Below are positions 28,529-37,975 of a stretch of 64,000 nucleotides of DNA, piece after piece. The position numbers were made by a program, and so were the translations under genes. Every line of letters begins with the position of its first letter. The stretch's first letter is position 1. Source of the DNA: Promethearchaeia archaeon (GTDB lineage: Archaea; Asgardarchaeota; Lokiarchaeia; Sigyniarchaeales; SOKP01); contig JAHQWK010000001.1 of the NCBI GenBank assembly GCA_029856145.1, positions 480,001-544,000 on the forward strand, written 5' to 3'. The notes under the pieces were generated by a model. The model had not been told where the DNA came from and did not search any database. It saw only the letters and a list, made by a program, of their open reading frames with translations.

Positions 28529-30511
28529 ATGTCAGAAGAAGATAAGAAAATGGAAAGTATTCTAACAGAGACTCGTAAATTCGACCCAGTTAAACTAAAC
28601 GAGAAGTTTGCGAAAACTGGCATGTCTTTTGAAGAATATAAGAATCTATATAAGCAATCAATAGAAGATATGGAAGGTTTCTGGGGAGAACAAGCTAAAT
28701 CTCTTGATTGGTTCAAACCCTATGAAAAAGTTTGGGAAAAAACCGATCTATTTCCTGGTAAGTGGTTTATTGGCGGTAAACTTAACGTTGCTTACAATTG
28801 CCTTGATAGGCATGTAAAAAATGGAAAAGGTGATCAAGCAGCTCTTATTTGGGAAGCTGATGAGCCCGGACAGATTAAATCTTATACTTATAAAGAATTA
28901 CTTGCTGAAGTAAGTAAAACTGCAAATGCTATGAAAAAAGTTGGATTAAAAAAAGGCGATAGAGTCACAATTTGGCTTCCTATGATTCCTGAATTGGCAA
29001 TTATTATGTTAGCATGCGCTCGAATTGGCGTTATTCATTCAATTGTTTTTGGTGGCTTTTCTAAAGAAGCAGTAAAAGATAGAATTGAGGATTCTGATTC
29101 TCGATTACTCTTCACAAGTGATGAAACAGCACGTGCGGGTAAATTTTACCCCAAAATAGCTGATGTAGTCCAGATCATTAATGATGTACCAACGATTGAG
29201 CATGTCATTGTTGTAAAGCGAACTGGAAGAGACGTACCTCATACTGAAAAAGATATCTGGTATCACGACTTCATTGAAGGAATGAGTGAGGAATGTGAGC
29301 CTGAAATGATGGACTCTGAAGATACACTATTCATTCTTTATACAAGTGGAACTACTGGAAAACCCAAGGGCGTTAATCATACTACAGCAGGCTATATATT
29401 ATTTACATCTATTACCCATAAAATCGTATTTAATTACCATGAAGGTGATATCTGGTATTGTACTGCAGATATTGGTTGGATTACAGGTCATTCTTATATT
29501 GTATATGGACCTTTAGCTAATGGTGCTACTTCATTAATGTTTGAGGGAGTTCCAACTTATCCTGATGTTGATCGTTTCTGGGATATTGTAGAACGTCATA
29601 AAGTGACTCATTTCTATACAGCTCCTACTGCAATTCGTGCTATAATGAGATATGGTGATGATCATGTTAACAAGCATGATCTTAGTTCATTAAAAGTCCT
29701 AGGTACTGTTGGAGAACCTATAAATCCCGAAGCATGGACATGGTATCATAGAGTTGTTGGAAAAGAGAAATGTCCTATAGTTGATACTTACTGGCAAACT
29801 GAAACCGGGGGGTTTATTATGACCCCAATCGCTACAGCAACACCCACAAAACCTGGGTCTTGTTGTCTACCATTTTTAGGTATTAAACCAATCATTTTCG
29901 ATTTAGAAGGGGATGAAATTACAGAACCAAACGAAGGTGGATACTTTGCAATTGCTCAAAGTTGGCCGGGTATGTTACGTGATGTTTGGGGTGATACTGA
30001 GAGATTTAAATCAACTTATCTCGAAAAATATCCAGGATATTATTATACTGGTGATGGAGCACGACGAGATGAAGATGGTTATTATTGGATTTTAGGTAGA
30101 CTTGATGATGTTATTAAAGTATCTGGACATAGAATAGGAACCATGGAAGTAGAATCTGCTCTTGTAAGTCATCCAAAAGTAGCTGAAGCAGCAATTGCCC
30201 CATTTCCCCATAAAATTAAAGGGCAGGCAATATGGGCGTATGTTACTTTAATGCAAGGAGTTGAAAAATCTGCTAAATTATCCAAAGAAATTAGAATGCA
30301 TGTTAGACAAGAAATTGGGCCTGTATTTCAACCAGACGTTATTCAATTTGCTGATGCCTTGCCTAAGACGAGAAGTGGTAAGATAATGAGAAGAATATTA
30401 AAAGCTATTGCCGCTGGCACGAATATTGGAAATGTTACAACATTAGCTGATCCCTCTGTAGTAGATGCTTTACTTGAAGAACGTAAAAAGATGGATGTTG
30501 AAATAGGTTAA
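28529..30511 (+). CDS. acs: AMP-forming acetyl-CoA synthetase
   Basis: YTSGTTGKPKG, ADIGWITGH, DTYWQTETGG and PKTRSGKIMRR. Confidence 0.96.
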   Translation: MSEEDKKMESILTETRKFDPVKLNEKFAKTGMSFEEYKNLYKQSIEDMEGFWGEQAKSLDWFKPYEKVWEKTDLFPGKWFIGGKLNVAYNCLDRHVKNGKGDQAALIWEADEPGQIKSYTYKELLAEVSKTANAMKKVGLKKGDRVTIWLPMIPELAIIMLACARIGVIHSIVFGGFSKEAVKDRIEDSDSRLLFTSDETARAGKFYPKIADVVQIINDVPTIEHVIVVKRTGRDVPHTEKDIWYHDFIEGMSEECEPEMMDSEDTLFILYTSGTTGKPKGVNHTTAGYILFTSITHKIVFNYHEGDIWYCTADIGWITGHSYIVYGPLANGATSLMFEGVPTYPDVDRFWDIVERHKVTHFYTAPTAIRAIMRYGDDHVNKHDLSSLKVLGTVGEPINPEAWTWYHRVVGKEKCPIVDTYWQTETGGFIMTPIATATPTKPGSCCLPFLGIKPIIFDLEGDEITEPNEGGYFAIAQSWPGMLRDVWGDTERFKSTYLEKYPGYYYTGDGARRDEDGYYWILGRLDDVIKVSGHRIGTMEVESALVSHPKVAEAAIAPFPHKIKGQAIWAYVTLMQGVEKSAKLSKEIRMHVRQEIGPVFQPDVIQFADALPKTRSGKIMRRILKAIAAGTNIGNVTTLADPSVVDALLEERKKMDVEIG

Positions 30512-30517
30512 ATTATA

Positions 30518-30546
30518 TTTTTATTTTATATTTTTTTTTAATTTTT
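30518..30546 (+). terminator. Oligo-T terminator candidate after acs
   Basis: Long T tracts follow the stop codon. Confidence 0.45.
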
Positions 30547-30564
30547 AAAAAATCCAATTTTTCC

Positions 30565-31407
30565 TCAACCTTTTGCAAAAGTACCTATTATGTATAGTAA
30601 ATCTAATTCCTTATTAATATCTTTTCCCAATATCATCTTTACACTGGCTCTATTTTCTAGTTCAGTTAAATTGAACAATTCAAAAATCCTTTTTGGGAAG
30701 TATTGATGTTTAGCAATAATCATATGATCAGCTTCTAATGCAATACTCTTATTAATTATCTGTGATGCTGCATCTAAATTCGTGGCAATTAATGGGCCTA
30801 ACCGCTTATTCGCCACTAATCCATATCCTTCATTTTCAATAATTAAAATCCTAGCACCCAATTTAATTCTCATGGTTAAATAATTAGTTCTATTAAATCC
30901 CATTGCTTTCTTATCTAGAGCTAACACCCAGTCCGGAACTGTATTTAAAACCTTTACCTCTTTATTTGCAATTCCTAATTTTGGAGGTTGTATTGGTAAA
31001 TGATACATCACCCCATAAAATCTTCTTTTAAAACCAAATTTTTTATAGATGGGTTCTCCTAATTTGGAAGCATAAAGTATCATTGTCTCGCAATTCATTT
31101 TATTTGCAATTCCTACTAAATTTCTAAAAATTTCTGTGCCTACTCCTCTTCCTCTGTATTCTTTCAACACAACCATATATCCAAAACTACTAACTTTTTC
31201 AAATATAAAAACCCCACCCACACCAATAATCTTTCCTTTCTCTTCAGAAATAAGGAATTTTCCAATTTTCCATTTTATTAAAGCCTTCCATATTTTTTCT
31301 TCTTCTTGAATACTCGCTGGAGGAGCTCTACCAAAAGCAGAATAGAGTACATTTATACATTTGGAAATTTCTTCGTCTGCTGGTTCTCTAATAGTATATT
31401 TAAACAT
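30565..31407 (-). CDS. GNAT-family N-acetyltransferase (two-domain)
   Basis: V..EYRGRGVG, LYAS..G.PIY.K.GF and a C-terminal RLGPLIA domain. Confidence 0.85.
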   Translation of the reverse strand: MFKYTIREPADEEISKCINVLYSAFGRAPPASIQEEEKIWKALIKWKIGKFLISEEKGKIIGVGGVFIFEKVSSFGYMVVLKEYRGRGVGTEIFRNLVGIANKMNCETMILYASKLGEPIYKKFGFKRRFYGVMYHLPIQPPKLGIANKEVKVLNTVPDWVLALDKKAMGFNRTNYLTMRIKLGARILIIENEGYGLVANKRLGPLIATNLDAASQIINKSIALEADHMIIAKHQYFPKRIFELFNLTELENRASVKMILGKDINKELDLLYIIGTFAKG

Positions 31408-31485
31408 AAAATTTATTTTAAAGCGTTTTTCTTAAAAGAATAAAAATAAATAAATCAATTTATTTTTAATACTTCAAAGAATTAT

Positions 31486-33204
31486 TTGTTTTCTGTACTT
31501 TATATTTATTTTAAGTATTTTGAGGTTTTACAATTGAGTTTTGACAATGATCAGTTAGTTGAAAAGATAAAGTCGATGGATAAAGATGAAGCTGTTGAAA
31601 TTCTTCTTTCAATATTATCAACATCTAAAAATATGGAAAGTAAAATAAAAGCGGTTGAACTATTAATTCAATTCGACGATAGTAATAATACACACTTTCA
31701 AACTATAAAAGATACTTTTTTAAATGATCGGCATCCACAATTGAGACTTCAGTTAATAAAATTAATAGGGACATATTATAAAGAGAAGGGAATTGATTTC
31801 TTAAAAGAACAATATAAAAATTGTAGCGATGGAACGGTCAGGAAGAATCTTATTGATATAGTAGGAAAAGTGGATTTAAATGCCTCATTATCTTTTCTTG
31901 TTGAGGCTTTAAATGATGCTAATATGGAAGCAAAAAAAATCGCTATAACTAACTTAGGAAAAATTAGCGCTAGTGAAGCGTTAATCCCTCTAATCAACAT
32001 GCTGCATTTTAGAAATACTGAGATTTATGATTCTTTGATTAATGCTATTGTAAAAATTGGAAAAAAAGGAAATTTAGAAATTATTTATGATTATATTGAT
32101 ACAGAGGACCCTCACATCAAAAGAGAAATTCCCATAATACTTGGTAAGATAGGAAGTAAAGAGAGCGCAGCTGTTTTAATCGATTTTTTGAAAGATGATA
32201 ATCCAATTATAAGAAAAAATTCAATAAAGGCATTAGATGGAATAATTGAATTAAGGAATGTAAAGCATGTTATTGATCTTTTAACAGATCAAGATATTGA
32301 GGTAAGGAAAGAAGTTATTCGAGTCTTAGGTAATGTTAGAAGTAAGAGGGCAATCAATCCATTAATTGAATCACTAAAAGAAAATGATGCAAAAATCAGG
32401 AATCTTGCTAAAAATGCTCTTTATAAAATTCTTGAGAAAACTAAATCATATGAACCACTTTTTGAGGTTGTAAAAGGAAGAAATATTAATGCAAGAAGAG
32501 AAGCAGTAAAACTATTAGGAATGTTAAAAGATGTTGCTGCTATTAATTTATTGATATCTCTTTTTAATAGTAAAGTAGCAAGTTTACGAGGTTCTGCTTA
32601 TCGATCTCTCTTAAGAATTTTAGATAATAAAATCGATAATAAGATTATTAGCGCACTATCGGATAAATCTTGGCAAATAAGAATGTTTTGTGCTAAAATT
32701 ATAGGTGAAATTGCTGATCCGAGTACTATCGATCATTTATTTAATTTATTCGAAGATGAAAATGGAAGTGTAAGGAAAGTAGCTGTGGATGCATTAGTCA
32801 AATTTGATAATAAAAAAGTAATAGACTTTGCAATTGAATCGTTGAAGAGTTCAAATTGGAAGACACGTAGAGCTGCAGTCAACTTATTGTTAAGAACTGG
32901 AAGTAAGGAATCATTCAATTCTCTAATTTCTTGTTTAAATGATGAAGATGTATATATAAAAAGTTGGGCTGCTATGGCATTAGGAAAACTTAAAGATATA
33001 GATTCTATTGAACCTTTTATTCAATTATTAAAAGAAAATGACGATAAAATACGAATATCAGCGATTAAAGCATTAGGTGAAATTGGAAATAAAGACGCAA
33101 TTAAACCTTTAATTGAAGTATTAGGAGATGATAATTGGGACGTACGAAAAGAAATAGAGAACACTCTTAATCAGATTGATCCAGATTGGATGAGCTACTT
33201 ATAA
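31486..33204 (+). CDS. HEAT/PBS-lyase repeat protein
   Basis: Many L.D....VR..A..ALG.IG...A...L repeats. The true start may be the TTG at 31534. Confidence 0.9.
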   Translation: MFSVLYIYFKYFEVLQLSFDNDQLVEKIKSMDKDEAVEILLSILSTSKNMESKIKAVELLIQFDDSNNTHFQTIKDTFLNDRHPQLRLQLIKLIGTYYKEKGIDFLKEQYKNCSDGTVRKNLIDIVGKVDLNASLSFLVEALNDANMEAKKIAITNLGKISASEALIPLINMLHFRNTEIYDSLINAIVKIGKKGNLEIIYDYIDTEDPHIKREIPIILGKIGSKESAAVLIDFLKDDNPIIRKNSIKALDGIIELRNVKHVIDLLTDQDIEVRKEVIRVLGNVRSKRAINPLIESLKENDAKIRNLAKNALYKILEKTKSYEPLFEVVKGRNINARREAVKLLGMLKDVAAINLLISLFNSKVASLRGSAYRSLLRILDNKIDNKIISALSDKSWQIRMFCAKIIGEIADPSTIDHLFNLFEDENGSVRKVAVDALVKFDNKKVIDFAIESLKSSNWKTRRAAVNLLLRTGSKESFNSLISCLNDEDVYIKSWAAMALGKLKDIDSIEPFIQLLKENDDKIRISAIKALGEIGNKDAIKPLIEVLGDDNWDVRKEIENTLNQIDPDWMSYL

Positions 33205-33255
33205 AAATTGATTATTATAACCAAAATTAACCTTTAAAAAATACTAAATTTAAAA

Positions 33256-33678
33256 TTAATACATTTTAATAATTTTTTGAATTATTCCCTCTAATTTGCT
33301 TAAAATATAAGAAACTTTAGATTCCCTATTAATAATTAATATTAAAAATGTATTATTATCACATTCAAAAATTAGTATTGTTTTATCTTCTAATTCTGCA
33401 ATGACTTTAATAATTTCTTGATTACCTATTGCTTCTCCAATTCCTACGGCGCTTTCCAAAACGGAAGCACACATAGATACAAATTCTTTACTTTTAAAAT
33501 CATTTCCTAAATTTTCTATTATAAGACCTCCGTCTCTATATGCAAAAATAGCCCCATCTAAGTTTCCCTTATTTTTTAGTTCATTAAGGAGTAGAGACAA
33601 CTCACCGAAATGCTGCAAATTAGAATGATTCATACTATTCATTAAATAAGATACTTCAGTTTCTATAAATATGGACAA
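33256..33678 (-). CDS. Roadblock/LC7 domain protein
   Basis: GAIFAYRDGGLII and SMCASVLESA pattern. The true start is probably a downstream ATG. Confidence 0.75.
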   Translation of the reverse strand: MSIFIETEVSYLMNSMNHSNLQHFGELSLLLNELKNKGNLDGAIFAYRDGGLIIENLGNDFKSKEFVSMCASVLESAVGIGEAIGNQEIIKVIAELEDKTILIFECDNNTFLILIINRESKVSYILSKLEGIIQKIIKMY

Positions 33679-33710
33679 TTAAATAAAACTATTTAATCAT
33701 TATATTATAT

Positions 33711-35126
33711 ATGGAAATCGCAAATTCAGAAACAAATATAATTGAATTAATACGAAATTCAAATAAGCCATTTATTGAAAATGAATTGCGTCTATTTCTA
33801 ACAATTCCAAGTAATACTCTTAATCATGAAGGAATAGCAAAAGCCAAAAATTATCTTATCTCTTACATCTCTGAAATTTCTGAAGAAATAAATGAATATA
33901 AAGGAGTAATAAATCCATTAATCCTTGCTAAAGTAGAGGGAAAAATAAAGGAATCACTCTTGATATACATGATGTATGATACTCAACCTGTTAATAAAGA
34001 AAAAGAATGGATAAGTAACCCATTTGGAGCAGAAATTAAGATTCTACCTTCACCTCTTAATAAATTAGGCAATTGCATTATAGCAAGGGGTGCTTATAAT
34101 TCAAAAACTCCATTATTATGTTTTTTAAATATTATAAAAATCTTGAAAAAAAACGATTGCCTTCCAATTTCTTTATTACTTTTATTTGATGGTGAAGAGG
34201 AAAAGGGGTCACCTTCTCTTCTAAGATTTCTTGAAAATAACACTCATAGAAAAATGTTCGAAAATTGCATAGATGCTTATTATCCCTCAACAAAACAAGA
34301 TCTTAACCGAAAATCCGTTTTAAAATTAGGATATAAAGGTATTCTATCGTTAACAATTAGAATTTCATCAAGAAATAAAGAACCACATTCAGCTTTTGGT
34401 GGTATGATTCCTAATCCTGCAACTGATTTGGTCTCTTTACTTAATACAATTTATACCAATAATGAATTTCAAATCGATAGCTTGAAAAACCCATATGACC
34501 TTACTGATGATGAGCAATCTCTCATTGATATGCTTATTAAAGAACTTGATTTAGAAAAAATTAAGGAGAAAGCGGGAATACAACAAACAATTGAAGATAA
34601 TCCTCAAAAAGCCTTTATAAATTATTTATTTAATCCTACTTTCAATATTTCTACTCTAAGGTCAGGATTTTTAGAGGAAGGGACAAAAAATTATGTACCT
34701 AATGAAGCTATATGCAATATAGATATTAGATTCGCTCGTGATGTTACAATTGAAGAAATTTTTAAAGAAATTAAAGAAAAAGTAGATTTTTTCTCCAAAA
34801 GCACTAAATCTCAAGTTGAGATAGCTAAAAATATAGGTTATGAAAGCTCACGGGTCAAAAAAGATTCAACTCTTGTTAAGAGTCTAATTAATAGTACTGA
34901 AAGTCTAGGCTTTACAACTGAACTTTGGCCTTTAAGTGCAGCCGCAGCCCCATTAAGTAAAATTCAAAAAGTATTAGGATTAAATTTCATTACTGGAGGT
35001 TTGGGTATTGGGGGATTTGCTCATTCTGCAAATGAATTCATTCAGTATGATTCAATAATTAATACTAGACTAGCTGATTATCATTTCCTAAAGAATTATT
35101 CAAAAATGGTAAAAGAAAACTTGTAA
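33711..35126 (+). CDS. M20-family metallopeptidase/amidohydrolase (dipeptidase-like, atypical ligands)
   Basis: YD.QP, ARGA, DGEEE.GS, DIRF and AHSANE. Confidence 0.85.
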   Translation: MEIANSETNIIELIRNSNKPFIENELRLFLTIPSNTLNHEGIAKAKNYLISYISEISEEINEYKGVINPLILAKVEGKIKESLLIYMMYDTQPVNKEKEWISNPFGAEIKILPSPLNKLGNCIIARGAYNSKTPLLCFLNIIKILKKNDCLPISLLLLFDGEEEKGSPSLLRFLENNTHRKMFENCIDAYYPSTKQDLNRKSVLKLGYKGILSLTIRISSRNKEPHSAFGGMIPNPATDLVSLLNTIYTNNEFQIDSLKNPYDLTDDEQSLIDMLIKELDLEKIKEKAGIQQTIEDNPQKAFINYLFNPTFNISTLRSGFLEEGTKNYVPNEAICNIDIRFARDVTIEEIFKEIKEKVDFFSKSTKSQVEIAKNIGYESSRVKKDSTLVKSLINSTESLGFTTELWPLSAAAAPLSKIQKVLGLNFITGGLGIGGFAHSANEFIQYDSIINTRLADYHFLKNYSKMVKENL

Positions 35127-35127
35127 T

Positions 35128-36282
35128 TTAATCAAATATTCCTCTTAATCCCCTTTTTTTTGCCTTTATTGCATTCTCAGGACATAATTCCATACAACAT
35201 AAACAAGAAATACATTTTTTCCTTGAGAACATTGGATAATTCCCTTCTTCAAATTTTATTGCTTCTGCAGGACAAATTTCAGCGCATTGACCACATTGTG
35301 CGCATTTTTCCTTTATTAAATCTGGAATTTTTTTCATTATTTTATAAGCAAGATGTCCAGTAATATAACTAATAAAACTTGTCATATTACTTCCAAGGAC
35401 ATTAAATTTAGGGGTTTGATTTTTAGCTTCATCTAAAGACATTCCAACAATCTCAATTTTGTCTAAATCTCCGACACCTAAGTCTCTTTCGATAGCATTT
35501 TTAATATGAGGAACATTTTTCGCTTTTAGTTTTCCAATTTCTAACGCAATAATATCTAACGCTAGCTCATCTGTTCCGGCCAAAATTAAATTCCATTTAA
35601 CCATTTTACCTGCAGCAGGACCCATTGAACCTTCCATAATCTCTTGTAAGTCATATACAGTTAATCTTTTTGGTTTATGTTTTAAAACCCATGAAAAATT
35701 ATCTGCAAGAACCTCTCCAAATCTATCAGCAGTTTTTCCTAATAAGTGATACTTAGCTTTTAACCCTCCCGGAATTATGCCCCAATAGTTTTTTATTGCT
35801 CCTGTAATCATAGCTTCTGCATGACTTTTAAGTCGTGGCAAATTTATCAAAATATCGCAATTTTTAATGGCTTTAGCGACATGAAAATTTTTCATTTGTA
35901 TAGCATCTTCGATTGTTTCAACTACTGGCACATCCCTTTCAAAATCAATAACTTTAATATCGTTTTTTTTACAAATATCTAATACTCCAATTTCTCTTGC
36001 TACGTCAGAGGCATTTGTTCCCTGTTGTCCAGGAGAATCTCCAAGAGAGACATTATTCATAGATATTCCCTTCTCTTTTAAATAAGAAATAACCCCTTCA
36101 ACAAAATCAGGCTGAGTACATGCGTCTTTCTTTGCTCTAAGAAAATTAGGTTTCAAAAGAATTTGGTTAGAATTGGAAAAATCAAATGATAGATTATCTT
36201 CAACTAACTTAATAGCTCCAACTACAGCCTTAGAAATAGAATCATAATCCCTAACATTTACAATACTAACTCTTGTAGACAT
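35128..36282 (-). CDS. DUF362 protein with a C-terminal 2x[4Fe-4S] ferredoxin domain
   Basis: LLKPN, GDSPG, LKSH, TGAIKN, and CxxCxxCxxxCP twice. Confidence 0.9.
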   Translation of the reverse strand: MSTRVSIVNVRDYDSISKAVVGAIKLVEDNLSFDFSNSNQILLKPNFLRAKKDACTQPDFVEGVISYLKEKGISMNNVSLGDSPGQQGTNASDVAREIGVLDICKKNDIKVIDFERDVPVVETIEDAIQMKNFHVAKAIKNCDILINLPRLKSHAEAMITGAIKNYWGIIPGGLKAKYHLLGKTADRFGEVLADNFSWVLKHKPKRLTVYDLQEIMEGSMGPAAGKMVKWNLILAGTDELALDIIALEIGKLKAKNVPHIKNAIERDLGVGDLDKIEIVGMSLDEAKNQTPKFNVLGSNMTSFISYITGHLAYKIMKKIPDLIKEKCAQCGQCAEICPAEAIKFEEGNYPMFSRKKCISCLCCMELCPENAIKAKKRGLRGIFD

Positions 36283-36411
36283 AGCTTATATTGATTAAAT
36301 TTTTTGTTTTTTAAAATATTTCTTCTAATAAATTGTAAAAAATATTTTAAATTTGAGATTATTAGGTATCTAAAACCAATTATTTTTAATAATCTAATCC
36401 ATTATATTTAT

Positions 36412-36426
36412 AAAAAAATTTATATC
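36412..36426 (+). promoter_or_regulatory. BRE/TATA candidate for the Rab-like gene
   Basis: AAAAAAATTTATATC. Confidence 0.45.
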
Positions 36427-36533
36427 AACTAAGTCAAATAAAAGGTTACTTACTAGTGTTTTTAATTAAATTTTGCTAGTATAAATAGGCTAATAAAAAC
36501 TGAATGATTAAATTAACTAAATAGAAGGAGAGG

Positions 36534-37076
36534 GTGAAGGAAATGGTTGATGCGATGTTTAAAATCGTGTTTTTTGGAGACGGAGGGGTTGGAAAAACAA
36601 CTCTAATTAACCGTTTTCTCACGGGTGTTTTCAGAAGCGATTCGCAAATTACGATAGGGGTTGACTTTCACGTAAAAAAAGTTGATATTAATGGAAATAG
36701 AGTTAGTTTACAAATCTGGGATTTTGCTGGTGAAGATAGGTTTAGATTTCTTATGCCTAGTTATGTTGTTGGGGCCTCTGGAGGAATCTTTATGTTTGAC
36801 ATAACAAGATATACTAGTCTTAAAAATTTTGACGACTGGATTGAAATATTTAAAAAAGGTTATAAAGGGGATAATCATCAAATGCCCGTTCTTATGGTAG
36901 GCAGTAAACTAGATCTTGAGTATAAAAGAGCAGTATCTAGAGATGAAGCATTTGAGTTGGCAAAAAAGAATAATCTTTTTGGTTACCTTGAATGTTCTGC
37001 TAAAAGTGGTGAAAATGTAGAAGATATCTTCCAAGAAATAAGTCGATTGATGATGATTAAAGCAGGACTCTTATAA
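36534..37076 (+). CDS. Rab-like small GTPase
   Basis: GDGGVGKT, TIGVDF, LQIWDFAGE, GSKLD and ECSAK. Confidence 0.93.
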   Translation: MKEMVDAMFKIVFFGDGGVGKTTLINRFLTGVFRSDSQITIGVDFHVKKVDINGNRVSLQIWDFAGEDRFRFLMPSYVVGASGGIFMFDITRYTSLKNFDDWIEIFKKGYKGDNHQMPVLMVGSKLDLEYKRAVSRDEAFELAKKNNLFGYLECSAKSGENVEDIFQEISRLMMIKAGLL

Positions 37077-37093
37077 ATATTCTTTAATAGGTA

Positions 37094-37939
37094 CTATTTT
37101 TTAAACATCTCATTCAAATTCTTAATTATTATATCGGGAATTAAATTCCTATCAATATTTTCAGATTTTATAGATCTCATTTTTAAATCATTAATTATTT
37201 CCATTGTAGTAACTCCTGTTAAAACAGCTATAGTTTTTATACCTGCTCGATTACCTGCTAAAATATCAGTATTCAAGCGATCTCCAAAAATACAAGCTTT
37301 TTCGGCAGGTATTTGGGTATCATTCAATATCAAATTAATACCAAACGGTTCAGGCTTTCCAAAAATTCTTACTGGCTCTTTCCCTGTACATGTTTTTAGA
37401 GCATTCACCATTACACCGGCTCCCGGTTTAAGACCACGAACAACTGGTAAGGTTGAATCCGCGTTTGTCGCATAAAATTGGGCATTACCTTCTAAAATAC
37501 ATTTTTGGGCTGTTGCTAAATTTTGATATTTAAAATCTCTGTCAAGCCCTACAATGACAAAATTGATATCATTGTAATTAGAAACTTCTTCTATTACATT
37601 ATGCCCTTGAGCTTTTAGTTCTGATCTTAATCCCCTTTCTCCAATCACGAATATTTTAGCATTTTTCTTTATTTTTGTTATTTCTGTAGAAGTAATTGAA
37701 GCACTTGTATAAAAATCGGATATTTCACACTCAATGCCGAATTTTTTTAATCTTTCAACATATATCTGCCTTGTTACCGTAGAATTATTAGAATTAAATA
37801 CTACTTTTATTGATCTTTCTTTTAGTTCTTTAACGATTTCATCTGAATGAGGGATTAATGTATCTCCACGATAAATTACTCCATCTAAATCAAATATAGC
37901 TAGTTCTATGTTTTTTAAATCGTCTATTAATTCACGCAT
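37094..37939 (-). CDS. HAD-IIA (NagD-like) phosphatase
   Basis: FDLDGVIY, SNNS, ATNAD, GKP and GDRLNTDI. Confidence 0.9.
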   Translation of the reverse strand: MRELIDDLKNIELAIFDLDGVIYRGDTLIPHSDEIVKELKERSIKVVFNSNNSTVTRQIYVERLKKFGIECEISDFYTSASITSTEITKIKKNAKIFVIGERGLRSELKAQGHNVIEEVSNYNDINFVIVGLDRDFKYQNLATAQKCILEGNAQFYATNADSTLPVVRGLKPGAGVMVNALKTCTGKEPVRIFGKPEPFGINLILNDTQIPAEKACIFGDRLNTDILAGNRAGIKTIAVLTGVTTMEIINDLKMRSIKSENIDRNLIPDIIIKNLNEMFKK

Positions 37940-37975
37940 AGTTTTTAATAAATCATTTATTTATATGAATCTTAA

